In this document: one piece after another, positions 1 through 8,067 of the stretch
Layout: each line of letters begins with the position of its first letter
Numbering within the stretch: position 1 is the stretch's first letter
From: Candidatus Scalinduaceae bacterium
GTDB lineage: Bacteria; Planctomycetota; Brocadiia; Brocadiales; Scalinduaceae
Reading direction: 5' to 3'
Assembly: GCA_046759445.1 (NCBI GenBank)
Contig: JBHICG010000030.1
Coordinates: 1-36,704, forward strand
DNA: 36,704 bases
Position numbers and translations under genes: made by a program
Notes under the pieces: generated by a model
What the model saw: the letters and a program-made list of their open reading frames with translations, nothing else
What the model was told of the DNA's origin: nothing
Databases searched by the model: none

Positions 1-97
1 AGCAAAGCCAGCCCTAGCTGGCCCTTTGTGCCAGCACACCTGAGCAAAGCCAGCCCTAGCTGGCCCTTTGTGCCAGCACACCTGAGCAAAGCCAGCC
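1..97. repeat. 42-bp perfect tandem repeat (2.3 copies visible, runs off the window start)
   Basis: AGCAAAGCCAGCCCTAGCTGGCCCTTTGTGCCAGCACACCTG at 1-42 and 43-84, partial copy at 85-97; GC-rich in an AT-rich background. Confidence 0.95.
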
Positions 98-185
98 GTC
101 ATTACACTACTTTATTAAACCTATATAGCTTATATATATTTTATACTGAAACTCATATCTAAATAAAGTTACCAAGTCTTACCTC

Positions 186-214
186 TTGACAAAATCAAAT
201 AAGCGGCATAAAAT
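186..214 (+). promoter_or_regulatory. sigma70 promoter, probably giving a leaderless mRNA
   Basis: TTGACA (186-191), 17-bp spacer, TAAAAT (209-214); ATG at 222 lies at the expected start site with no SD. Confidence 0.7.
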
Positions 215-221
215 ACAGAAG

Positions 222-419
222 ATGAAATACTTTGTTGATAAAGGTGCAAAAGATAATGTATCAAAATACTTTTATGATATTTCAAAGATCATAGTTGGAA
301 CTGCCGTAATTGCCCCCTTTATCAATCAAGATTACAAGATTAAAACCGTAGTTTTGGGTTTACTAGTATCAATCATATTCTTTATTTTAGGATACCTTAC
401 TGATAAAATGGAGATATAA
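222..419 (+). CDS. small 2-TM membrane protein, DUF6722-like
   Basis: SKYFYDISKIIVGTAVIAPF followed by a second hydrophobic helix; the ORF-track TTG start at 186 is the -35 box, so ATG 222 is preferred. Confidence 0.6.
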   Translation: MKYFVDKGAKDNVSKYFYDISKIIVGTAVIAPFINQDYKIKTVVLGLLVSIIFFILGYLTDKMEI

Positions 420-423
420 CCTT

Positions 424-537
424 ATGAATACTTTGGAATTCGCATATCTAATTCTCGGGAGTTTAGGATTGATAGGAATTATATTTGTGCTTATTCATAA
501 TCGCAAAATTAAGCATATTAAACATAAAGTAAAATAA
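424..537 (+). CDS. 37-aa single-TM peptide (MNTLEFAYLILGSLGLIGIIFVLIHNRKIKHIKHKVK), absent from ORF track
   Basis: SD GGAG inside the end of the upstream gene; hydrophobic helix plus basic tail; 4 nt after the upstream stop. Confidence 0.6.
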   Translation: MNTLEFAYLILGSLGLIGIIFVLIHNRKIKHIKHKVK

Positions 538-729
538 GATATAAATTTTTATCTATTCGTACCTTCTTTTATCTATTTTTTCTGAACTTGATATCTTCCG
601 TTTTTCCCTCCATGTACGTTAAGTCATTATAATAGAGAGCGTTTAAATACAGTTGTATCTCCTTCTGGTAAATGATCTAAAATGCCTAAGGTTGAATGGC
701 AAATTTATTCCAAATTTCAACAGGTTAAA

Positions 730-810
730 CCGTCATCAAGCTGCCCCGTTGTGCTGATCTAGTGTGCAAGTCAGCCGTCATTAAGCTGGTTTTGCTCGCC
801 CTGTTGAATA
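730..810. repeat. degenerate relative of the 1-104 repeat
   Basis: GCAAGTCAGCCGTCATTA (766-783) vs GCAAAGCCAGCCGTCATTA (86-104); GCTGGTTTTGCTC (785-797) is a near reverse complement of GAGCAAAGCCAGC. Confidence 0.6.
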
Positions 811-1106
811 TGGTATAATACCATTTTGCTCAACAATCCATCTCCTACCATCTAGCTGATGTCCCATCAGCTGCCATAACGTTTGAACGGATATCTCTTG
901 ACAAATAGTACTATTTTCATTAAAAGTAAAAATCATATGATTAGGACTACAGCGACATTTCAAATACTAATATACAATATTGCTGTTATGCTTATTGTTT
1001 TGCACAATTTATAGTTTACAAAACAATAATTTGTCCCTGTAGTGTTAGGAATTTCAAAATAGCCACAAAGGTGTTAAGCCACTAATTAAAAGAAAGGATA
1101 ATTACT

Positions 1107-1343
1107 ATGAAGCAAGAAGTTTTAAATGACACTGTTGATATCCTCCATAAGATCGAGACCATTGAAAAAGAAGTCATGGATTTGAAATTATCTGTTCTCA
1201 AAAAGCTCACCCCAACAGGCAAAAAAGTTATATCGCTCAAAGGTATTCTCAAAGGTATAGATATTACCGATAAAGATATTGCTTCCGCAAAAAAGTCGCT
1301 ATACAGCAAAATATCTCAATCTCCCCATAATCACAAGGGATGA
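1107..1343 (+). CDS. small hypothetical protein, probable orphan antitoxin
   Basis: SD AAGGA; C-terminal SLKGILKG..I...DI..AKKSL pattern resembles antitoxins found upstream of PIN toxins; no toxin ORF follows. Confidence 0.45.
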   Translation: MKQEVLNDTVDILHKIETIEKEVMDLKLSVLKKLTPTGKKVISLKGILKGIDITDKDIASAKKSLYSKISQSPHNHKG

Positions 1344-1493
1344 AAAACTTATCAATATAAAGACCATATGGTAATAAAAATTCCATTGCTCAACGCAATG
1401 AAGACTCATGTAAGATCAGAAGAATATCCACCCCTTAGCATCATAAAAAATTCAGGGACACTTCCTCTATTCTTTTGCTAATTACTCTTTTTT

Positions 1494-1523
1494 CACGGTT
1501 TCAATTCACACGGTTTCAATTCA
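1494..1523. repeat. 15-bp tandem duplication
   Basis: CACGGTTTCAATTCA x2, with a degenerate third copy after. Confidence 0.8.
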
Positions 1524-1611
1524 TAATAGTTTTCAATCATAGGTAATAGGTTGTAAGGTAAAGGTGGTAGTACTTCAGCATCTTCTGGTTGTCCAATTAT
1601 TTAAGTTTATC

Positions 1612-2934
1612 CTATCTTTGCATCTCCTTAGCCCATTTTGTAATACTATCAACGTTTACGGGTTCACCACCTGTTACAATCTTGAGTTGTTTTCCTTCAA
1701 ATACTTCTTTTACTTCACCTTCTGAAGTTACCGTTGCCTTGCCCTTCGTCACTGTAACAAAAATCCTATGTTCTGATACCTTAATGTCAATATTACTGTC
1801 GTTTGCAGTTACGTTGCTGTTATTTGCCGTTATCGTAAAAGGGTTTGCGTCTGCTTTTATTGATACAAGTATTTGTCCTTTTGAAATATCAATCTTCCTT
1901 TTTCCTATGAGTTTAATTTCCGTATCTACGTCCATTATGATATGTGTGCTATCCTTTAGCAGAAAGGATGCTTTGCTGCTTTTCCCGGTTTTCAATGTGG
2001 CGCCATTGTGAATTCTGGTATTTGATGATAACGCGAGCCATCCTGTACCCTTTGCCGGAAGCATTTTAACAAGACCCGTTGTTTCTAAAAATTCTGCTTT
2101 TGCTGGAAGTGTGAGAATCAAAAATATAATGTATATTAATAGTGCGCCTGAGCCCAATAATATGTTGAATCGTATGATAGCCTTTTTTGTAGGCCTTATT
2201 ATGAGGATACCCACTTCATAAAGGGCAATCATTGGTATGGCCGTCATTACTTGTGTAAATGGATCTGGTGGTGTTATTATGGCTGCGAGAATAAACATAA
2301 TAAGGATGGCATACATGCGCCATTTAACAAAATCTTCGGCATTGAATATTCCAATTTTAGAAATGAATAACATTATAAGGGGTAGCTGAAACACGATGCC
2401 TAAAGCAAAAGTTAACAAGGAAATGAGGGTGATGTATTGACTCATCGTAATAATGGGTTGTATATTCGGTCCAAGTATCTTTATCAAGAATTGAAGACCA
2501 AACGGTATCAGGAGAAAATATCCGAAAAGTACGCCTATTATGAATGCCGTTAAGGAAATTGGAGAAAATATTTTTACATACCTGCGCTCTCTCTTATATA
2601 AACCGGTTTCGACAAATTTCCAGATTTGATATGCGATTATAGGATATGACATAAAGATGGCGGTTATTAAACATAGCTTTATGTAAGCGTAAAAACCTTC
2701 CTGGTAGCTCAGTACCTGAAGGGATGGTGATATGCCCAGGTTTTCCATGGCAAAATTATGTGGTTTCATTACGATATCCATGATTTTCGATTTGAAAATC
2801 CAGCTGATAAAGAAGAAACCAATAACGACAAGGATGGAATATATAATCCTTGATCTTAACTCTTCCAGGTGTTCACTTATGGGCAGCCTTTTTTCATCAA
2901 CTACTTTGTCTCTTTCTCTTCCGTTTTGCATCAA
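1612..2934 (-). CDS. tatC: twin-arginine translocase TatC with an extra TM helix and C-terminal FecR-like domain
   Basis: HLEELRSR, YQIWKFV..GLY..E, FQLP and AAIITPPDPFTQ..A.P...LYE motifs; about 160 extra aa (LKTGKSSKASFLLKDSTHIIMDVDTEIKL...GQILV...VTVTKGKATV) match the FecR beta-rich pattern. Confidence 0.93.
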   Translation of the reverse strand: MMQNGRERDKVVDEKRLPISEHLEELRSRIIYSILVVIGFFFISWIFKSKIMDIVMKPHNFAMENLGISPSLQVLSYQEGFYAYIKLCLITAIFMSYPIIAYQIWKFVETGLYKRERRYVKIFSPISLTAFIIGVLFGYFLLIPFGLQFLIKILGPNIQPIITMSQYITLISLLTFALGIVFQLPLIMLFISKIGIFNAEDFVKWRMYAILIMFILAAIITPPDPFTQVMTAIPMIALYEVGILIIRPTKKAIIRFNILLGSGALLIYIIFLILTLPAKAEFLETTGLVKMLPAKGTGWLALSSNTRIHNGATLKTGKSSKASFLLKDSTHIIMDVDTEIKLIGKRKIDISKGQILVSIKADANPFTITANNSNVTANDSNIDIKVSEHRIFVTVTKGKATVTSEGEVKEVFEGKQLKIVTGGEPVNVDSITKWAKEMQR

Positions 2935-2982
2935 ATATATCCTGATTAATTAAGTTTCCGCTTTTATTTTTCAGGCAAGATT

Positions 2983-3011
2983 ATAATACTAGGATAGGTA
3001 TGAAATTACAA
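2983..3011 (-). promoter_or_regulatory. candidate sigma70 promoter for tatC
   Basis: TTGTAA-17bp-TATTAT on the minus strand. Confidence 0.45.
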
Positions 3012-3065
3012 GATTCAATATAATTATCTAAGGTTTTAATACTCCAAGCGGGTATTAGAAAAGCC

Positions 3066-3094
3066 TTGCAAGGGAAATTTATTTCTGATACTAT
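3066..3094 (+). promoter_or_regulatory. sigma70 promoter for ribH
   Basis: TTGCAA-17bp-TACTAT with extended -10 TG. Confidence 0.55.
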
Positions 3095-3141
3095 CCTTTG
3101 TGAGTTATGCTTTTCTTCCTTTATGATTAGGAGATAATATC

Positions 3142-3615
3142 ATGGTTAAATCATTTGAAGGTAATTTTGTTGGTACTGGTAAGACTTTTGGTATCGTTGT
3201 TAGTCGGTTTAATAGTTTTATTACAAAGAGAATGTTAGAGGGCGCTCAGGATTGTTTAATTAGACATGGTGTAAATGATGGTGATATTGATGTGTTTTGG
3301 GTCCCAGGCTCCTGTGAAATACCAATTACGGCTATGAGACTAGCTAAAGGAGCCAGGTATAATGGTATTATCTGCTTGGGGGCAATAATACGTGGGGAAA
3401 CCCCTCATTTTGATTATGTATCCGGTGAAGCAGCCAGGGGTATTACTGAAGTTGGTCTTACAACAGGTATACCAACAATTTATGGAGTCATTACTACGGA
3501 AACACTGGAACAGGCCATAGATAGGGCTGGCGCAAGAGGCGGGAATAAGGGAGCAGAGGCAGCTCTTACGGTTTTGGAGATGGTGGATTTGTTTGATAAT
3601 ATTAAGGATGTATAA
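3142..3615 (+). CDS. ribH: 6,7-dimethyl-8-ribityllumazine synthase
   Basis: IVVSRFN, WVPGSCEIP, LGAIIRGETPHFDYV, QAIDRAG...GNKG; SD AGGAG. Confidence 0.98.
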   Translation: MVKSFEGNFVGTGKTFGIVVSRFNSFITKRMLEGAQDCLIRHGVNDGDIDVFWVPGSCEIPITAMRLAKGARYNGIICLGAIIRGETPHFDYVSGEAARGITEVGLTTGIPTIYGVITTETLEQAIDRAGARGGNKGAEAALTVLEMVDLFDNIKDV

Positions 3616-3638
3616 AAGTTCCACTTACTGTAGATTCG

Positions 3639-3784
3639 CCCTGTTAGGTGTATAATATCTAACAGGGAAACCGCTGAGATCACAGAGATGTTTAGCAAAA
3701 GTATGATAAATTATTTTGGTGAGTTTATTGAACCATCTTTGATTTTAATGTTTGCTTTGCGTGCTCTGCACACTCTGTGGTGAA
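3639..3784. repeat. intergenic palindromes: CCCTGTTAG..CTAACAGGG hairpin plus an inverted pair of CACAGAG-type repeats
   Basis: hairpin 3639-3667; AACCGCTGAGATCACAGAGA (3669-3688) faces CTTTGCGTGCTCTGCACACTCTGTGGTGAA (3755-3784). Confidence 0.65.
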
Positions 3785-3808
3785 CATTTTTATTGTGGAG
3801 ATTTGTGG

Positions 3809-5122
3809 ATGAGGAAAAGAACACGTTCTCGTGAAATTGCATTACAGGCTCTTTATCAGTTGGAGATACGCGGTGATGAAATTATAAGCGAGATAGATTC
3901 TTTTTGTAGAGAACGCGGTAAGGAACCGGTGGTGAGTGATTTTGCCATCATCTTAGTTAAAGGTTGCATTAAGTTTATGCAGGAAATCGATAAAAAGATA
4001 GTTTCTATATCAGAGAAATGGAATTTGCACAGGATGCCAGTAATAGACAGGATTATTTTAAGAATAGCGTGTTATGAGCTTCTTTATTTGAGTGATATAC
4101 CCCCTAAAGTTTCTATTAATGAGGCAATTGACCTGGCTAAAAAATACAGTACTGAGAAATCTGGTTTGTTCGTAAATGGAGTGCTGGATAAGATGTATTC
4201 ACTTTACGTAAAGAAAGATAAAAGGGTTAAAAAAGGCATCTCTAGTTTGACGGAGGTTAATTTAGAAAAGGAGAGTTACAAAGGAGCTGATTTACACATA
4301 CACACAGAATATTCTGATGGCACTATGTCACCTGAGCAGGTGGTTGAGGAAGCGCTAAAACTCAAGTTGCATACAATTGCAATAACTGATCATGATAGCA
4401 TTGATGCTATTGAAATTGCTCAGGCCATTTGTGTTGAAAAGGGATTGAATATTATTCCTGCAATAGAACTTTCATCATATTATTGTGCTGCAGATATTCA
4501 CATTTTGGGCTACTTTATAGACATAAAGAATAGCACACTATTAGAAAAATTGACTGAGTTGCGTTTTGAAAGGGTGGAGCGAATAAAGAAAATAACTAAG
4601 AAATTGGTTAGTTTGGGTGTTATTGTAGACCCGCAAGAAGTTTATGATGTTGCCGGAAAAGGGGTGCCTGGCCGAATGCACGTTGCTGATGTTTTGTGCA
4701 GAAAAGGCTATTGCAGCAGTATTCAGGAAAGCTTTCAAAGGTATTTGTCAGACAATGGTCCTGCTTTTGTTCCAAAGGTAGCATTGTCATTAGAAAATGC
4801 TATAAAACTTATAAACTCTTCAGATGGTATTTCTGTTCTTTCTCACCCAGGTACTACAAAAAGAGATGAATTAATCCCGAAGATGGTAGAATTTGGACTA
4901 CAAGGAATTGAGGTTTATTCTCCATCACAACTGGCAAATGATATAGAGAGATATATTCGATTGGCAAATGAATATGATCTTGTAATTACGGGTGGTTCAG
5001 ACTGTCATGGTGAGCGAAGACCGGATATCAGGTTGGGTAGTATAACAATAGATAATGACATAGTTGAAAAGATTAAGGAAAGACACGATAATATGATTGG
5101 TATGTTGAGTTGTAATAACTAA
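3809..5122 (+). CDS. nusB: transcription antitermination factor NusB fused to a PHP (YciV/TrpH/RNase AM-like) domain
   Basis: MRKRTRSREIALQALYQ, DRIILR, P.KVSINEAIDLAKKYS, FVNGVLD; then DLHIHT..SDG, AITDHD, HILGY, GRMHVA, SHPG, GIEVY, TGGSDCHG in one frame; SD GGAG before ATG 3809. Confidence 0.93.
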   Translation: MRKRTRSREIALQALYQLEIRGDEIISEIDSFCRERGKEPVVSDFAIILVKGCIKFMQEIDKKIVSISEKWNLHRMPVIDRIILRIACYELLYLSDIPPKVSINEAIDLAKKYSTEKSGLFVNGVLDKMYSLYVKKDKRVKKGISSLTEVNLEKESYKGADLHIHTEYSDGTMSPEQVVEEALKLKLHTIAITDHDSIDAIEIAQAICVEKGLNIIPAIELSSYYCAADIHILGYFIDIKNSTLLEKLTELRFERVERIKKITKKLVSLGVIVDPQEVYDVAGKGVPGRMHVADVLCRKGYCSSIQESFQRYLSDNGPAFVPKVALSLENAIKLINSSDGISVLSHPGTTKRDELIPKMVEFGLQGIEVYSPSQLANDIERYIRLANEYDLVITGGSDCHGERRPDIRLGSITIDNDIVEKIKERHDNMIGMLSCNN

Positions 5123-5136
5123 GGCAAGGTGAGATT

Positions 5137-6111
5137 ATGGCTTGGTTTTCAAAAAAGGGATCGGGATTGTCTACTCAAGAAGATGTGGAAGACAAATCAT
5201 TATTTCCCTTCCAAATATTGAGAAGAGGTTTAGAGAAGACACGTACAAAAATAACCTCTAGGTTTAAAGATTTATTATCATTCAGAGGGAAGATTGATGA
5301 GAGTATTTTGGAGGAATTAGAAGTTATATTAATCGAATCTGATATGGGTGTAATCCCGGCAACTAAGATTATACAGGATGTAAGAGAAGCCTGGAAATCT
5401 AAGGAAATTGAGGATACATCCGGTGTCTGCGATTTTTTAAAAGATAAGCTTAAACAAAGACTAAAGGGATTGGATGCTTCATTAAAGATTGCGCCTGTTC
5501 CACCAACGGTTATTATGGTTGCTGGCGTTAATGGTGCAGGAAAAACCACTTCAATTGCAAAGCTTGCAAATTTACATATAAAACAGGGCAAGAAAGTGAT
5601 GTTAGCGGCAAGTGATACCTACCGCGCTGCAGCTATGGAACAACTGGATATTTGGAGTAAAAGGATTGGTGCGGATATCGTGAAGCATCAAACAGGCGCT
5701 GATCCTGCGGCGGTTACTTTTGATGCACTTGAAGCTAGTTTAAGTAGAGGAATAGATGTTTTGATCGTTGATACTGCGGGACGTTTGCATACTCATGATA
5801 ATTTAATGAATGAGTTATCAAAAATAAAACGAGTAATTTCAAGAAAAATAGAAAATGCGCCTCATGAAGTTCTACTTGTTTTGGATGCTACTACTGGACA
5901 AAACGCTATTTCACAGGCAAAACTATTCAAGCGAGCGGTTGATATTACAGGGATATTTTTATCAAAACTTGATGGAACCGCTAAGGGTGGTGCCATTTTA
6001 GGTATGCATGATGAGATAGATATACCAGTAAAATTTATTGGTTTAGGCGAAGGCGCTGATGATATTCAGGAGTTTGATGCAAATAAGTTTGTGGATGTAT
6101 TATTTGATTAG
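5137..6111 (+). CDS. ftsY: signal recognition particle receptor FtsY
   Basis: GVNGAGKTT, DTYRAAA, DTAGRLH, DATTGQN, KLDGTAKGG. Confidence 0.98.
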   Translation: MAWFSKKGSGLSTQEDVEDKSLFPFQILRRGLEKTRTKITSRFKDLLSFRGKIDESILEELEVILIESDMGVIPATKIIQDVREAWKSKEIEDTSGVCDFLKDKLKQRLKGLDASLKIAPVPPTVIMVAGVNGAGKTTSIAKLANLHIKQGKKVMLAASDTYRAAAMEQLDIWSKRIGADIVKHQTGADPAAVTFDALEASLSRGIDVLIVDTAGRLHTHDNLMNELSKIKRVISRKIENAPHEVLLVLDATTGQNAISQAKLFKRAVDITGIFLSKLDGTAKGGAILGMHDEIDIPVKFIGLGEGADDIQEFDANKFVDVLFD

Positions 6112-6185
6112 ATGAAAAAAGCAGATCATTTCTTTTGCAATTGTTTTTTTCTTCCCAAATATCATCAAGTAAAAATACAAAATTC

Positions 6186-6624
6186 GCACGGAGACACAAA
6201 GCCACAAAGAAAATGAGTGAAAACGAAATTGGAAAAATTGTTGTTGACAGTGCTGTTTGCCTGCATAAGGAGCTTGGGCCTGGACTTCTTGAATCTGTCT
6301 ATGAAGTGCTACTCTCCTATGAATTGCAATCGAGAGGTTTGAAATTAAAGCGGCAGGTTTCAATCCCAATAGAGTACCGTGGAATTAAATTTGATGAAGG
6401 CTTCAAAGCTGATATAATTGTAGAGAACAAAGTGATTCTAGAACTCAAATCGGTCGAGACAGCTTCAAAGGCACACAAGAAACAGGTATTAACATATTTA
6501 AAATTGACTGGAATGAAACTGGGATATTTGTTGAATTTTGGAGAATCTCTGATGAAGGATGGAATCACAAGACTGCTTAACGGGGAAATTTGATAAATAT
6601 CTCCGTGGCTTTGTGGCTTTGTGC
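6186..6624. mobile_element. GxxExxY gene bracketed by 25-bp inverted repeats
   Basis: GCACGGAGACACAAAGCCACAAAGA (6186-6210) and TCTCCGTGGCTTTGTGGCTTTGTGC (6600-6624), each made of three 8-bp units; mobility is inferred. Confidence 0.55.
6213..6593 (+). CDS. GxxExxY family protein (PD-(D/E)XK nuclease-like)
   Basis: LHKELGPGLLESVYE, ADIIVENKVILELKS, HKKQVLTYLKL, LGYLLNFG. Confidence 0.95.
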   Translation: MSENEIGKIVVDSAVCLHKELGPGLLESVYEVLLSYELQSRGLKLKRQVSIPIEYRGIKFDEGFKADIIVENKVILELKSVETASKAHKKQVLTYLKLTGMKLGYLLNFGESLMKDGITRLLNGEI

Positions 6625-6673
6625 AAGAAATAAACGAAATTTTCAGAAAACGTGTTTTTAATCCTCCTACATT

Positions 6674-7660
6674 ATGAAAAATAATATCTCAAGAAGGTCT
6701 TTTCTCAAAACTAGTGTTTCCATTGGTGCAGGACTTTGTGGTTTGTCATATTTGAGTTCAATTGAAAGACCGAGGCACTTAAAGGGGTTAAAGGAAAATA
6801 GTTTTAAAAAAGATCTGGTTATAGTACATGGTGACATTGATGAAAGAAATGATGAAGTTTCTGTTATAAAGGAAATGTTGCGTAGAGGAATTAAGGTCCT
6901 TGGCGGCATGGAAAAACTGGTATCGAAGGGGGATAAAATTGTGATCAAACCTAATATAGCATGGGACAGGCAACCTGAGTATGCAGTGAATACGAATCCC
7001 TTTGTTGTTGCTGCATTGGTTGAGCTGTGTAGAGAGGCTGGAGCATATAGAGTAAAAGTTCTTGATCATACTTGCTCGACGAACCCGGGACCGTCGTACA
7101 TTAATAGTGGAATCGAAAAAGCTGCAAGAGAAGCGGGTGCAGACGTAAGGTTTATTAATAAGAAGTTATTTAAAGATGTTAGGATAGAAGACGGTAAAGT
7201 ACTTGATTCATGGTTGTTTTATGAGGAATTGATATACCAGGATGAGATTGATGTATTGATTAATGTTCCTATAGCTAAACAGCATAGCACTTCGCGTTTA
7301 TCTATGGCCCTTAAAAACACATTGGGAATGGTAGGTGGCAATAGGGGTTTACTTCACAAGGATATACATCCAAAAATAGCAGATCTTAATAAAGTTGTTA
7401 AGGTCGACCTTACGGTACTTGATGCATTTAGAATTTTAAAGCGACATGGGCCTACAGGAGGAAGATTAGAAGATGTTGATAATACCTTTGAAAATGCGAG
7501 AAGATTAGTAATAAGTACGGACCCCGTAGCGGTAGATTCTTATGGCGCTACTATGTTCGGATATGAAGGTAAGGACATAGGTTTTATCCAGGAATCGTAT
7601 GAGGCTGGATTGGGAGAAATCGATTTTAAATTAAGTGGCTTTGAAGAAATAAGTATTTAA
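6674..7660 (+). CDS. DUF362 domain protein with Tat signal
   Basis: ISRRSFLK; VIKPNI, NTNP..V, INVPIAKQH, ALKNTLG, DPVAVD. Confidence 0.9.
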   Translation: MKNNISRRSFLKTSVSIGAGLCGLSYLSSIERPRHLKGLKENSFKKDLVIVHGDIDERNDEVSVIKEMLRRGIKVLGGMEKLVSKGDKIVIKPNIAWDRQPEYAVNTNPFVVAALVELCREAGAYRVKVLDHTCSTNPGPSYINSGIEKAAREAGADVRFINKKLFKDVRIEDGKVLDSWLFYEELIYQDEIDVLINVPIAKQHSTSRLSMALKNTLGMVGGNRGLLHKDIHPKIADLNKVVKVDLTVLDAFRILKRHGPTGGRLEDVDNTFENARRLVISTDPVAVDSYGATMFGYEGKDIGFIQESYEAGLGEIDFKLSGFEEISI

Positions 7661-7731
7661 AAGAAGGATTGAGGGTGCCCATGTATCTCTGTTAGGTATT
7701 CTCGGACAGCCTGTCAATTGAAGACTTCATA

Positions 7732-8067
7732 TTAGCTATTAAAATTCTTTTCCTTATTTGATCGCTTTTCTTGTTTCCAGATTGTATTTAGATCACGTGC
7801 CCCATGAATAAATCCGATTATATAAACGGTCCCCTCAGCCACTTGGTATATCATCCTATAACTTCTCACAAATATTTCATGAATATTCTGATTGTTTAAC
7901 TCAGGCACTATTCGTCCTCGTTCAGCAAAATTAGTTAATGAACGTGCAGCATCTCGTGCCTCACGAACAAATGCAGCAGCGTAATAAGGTGAATCCTTAG
8001 CAATATGGTTTGCAACTTCCTCAAGGTCACTCCATGCTACATTAGTCCATTTTACTTTCCAAGCCAT
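7732..8067 (-). CDS. RelE/ParE family toxin
   Basis: KVKWT..AWSDLEEV..HIAKDSP.YA, ERGRIVPE, YRMIY, FIHGARDL. Confidence 0.92.
   Translation of the reverse strand: MAWKVKWTNVAWSDLEEVANHIAKDSPYYAAAFVREARDAARSLTNFAERGRIVPELNNQNIHEIFVRSYRMIYQVAEGTVYIIGFIHGARDLNTIWKQEKRSNKEKNFNS

Noticed and set aside
1..97. CRISPR array
   Set aside because: Copies are contiguous with no unique spacers; no cas genes in the window
86..810. Integron attC cassette
   Set aside because: No RYYYAAC...GTTRRRY box arrangement and no integrase visible
781..963. 60-aa minus-strand ORF
   Set aside because: No RBS or recognisable motif, and it ends inside a repeat
1494..1540. GTTTCAAT CRISPR-like repeat start
   Set aside because: Only 15-bp units with no spacer-length intervals
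3752..3808. Cys-rich N-terminal extension of NusB (MLCVLCTLCGE)
   Set aside because: It is the translation of the CTCTG repeat; the SD and homology start at ATG 3809
6135..6212. N-terminal extension of GxxExxY
   Set aside because: Reads through the flanking repeat; family homology begins at MSENEI
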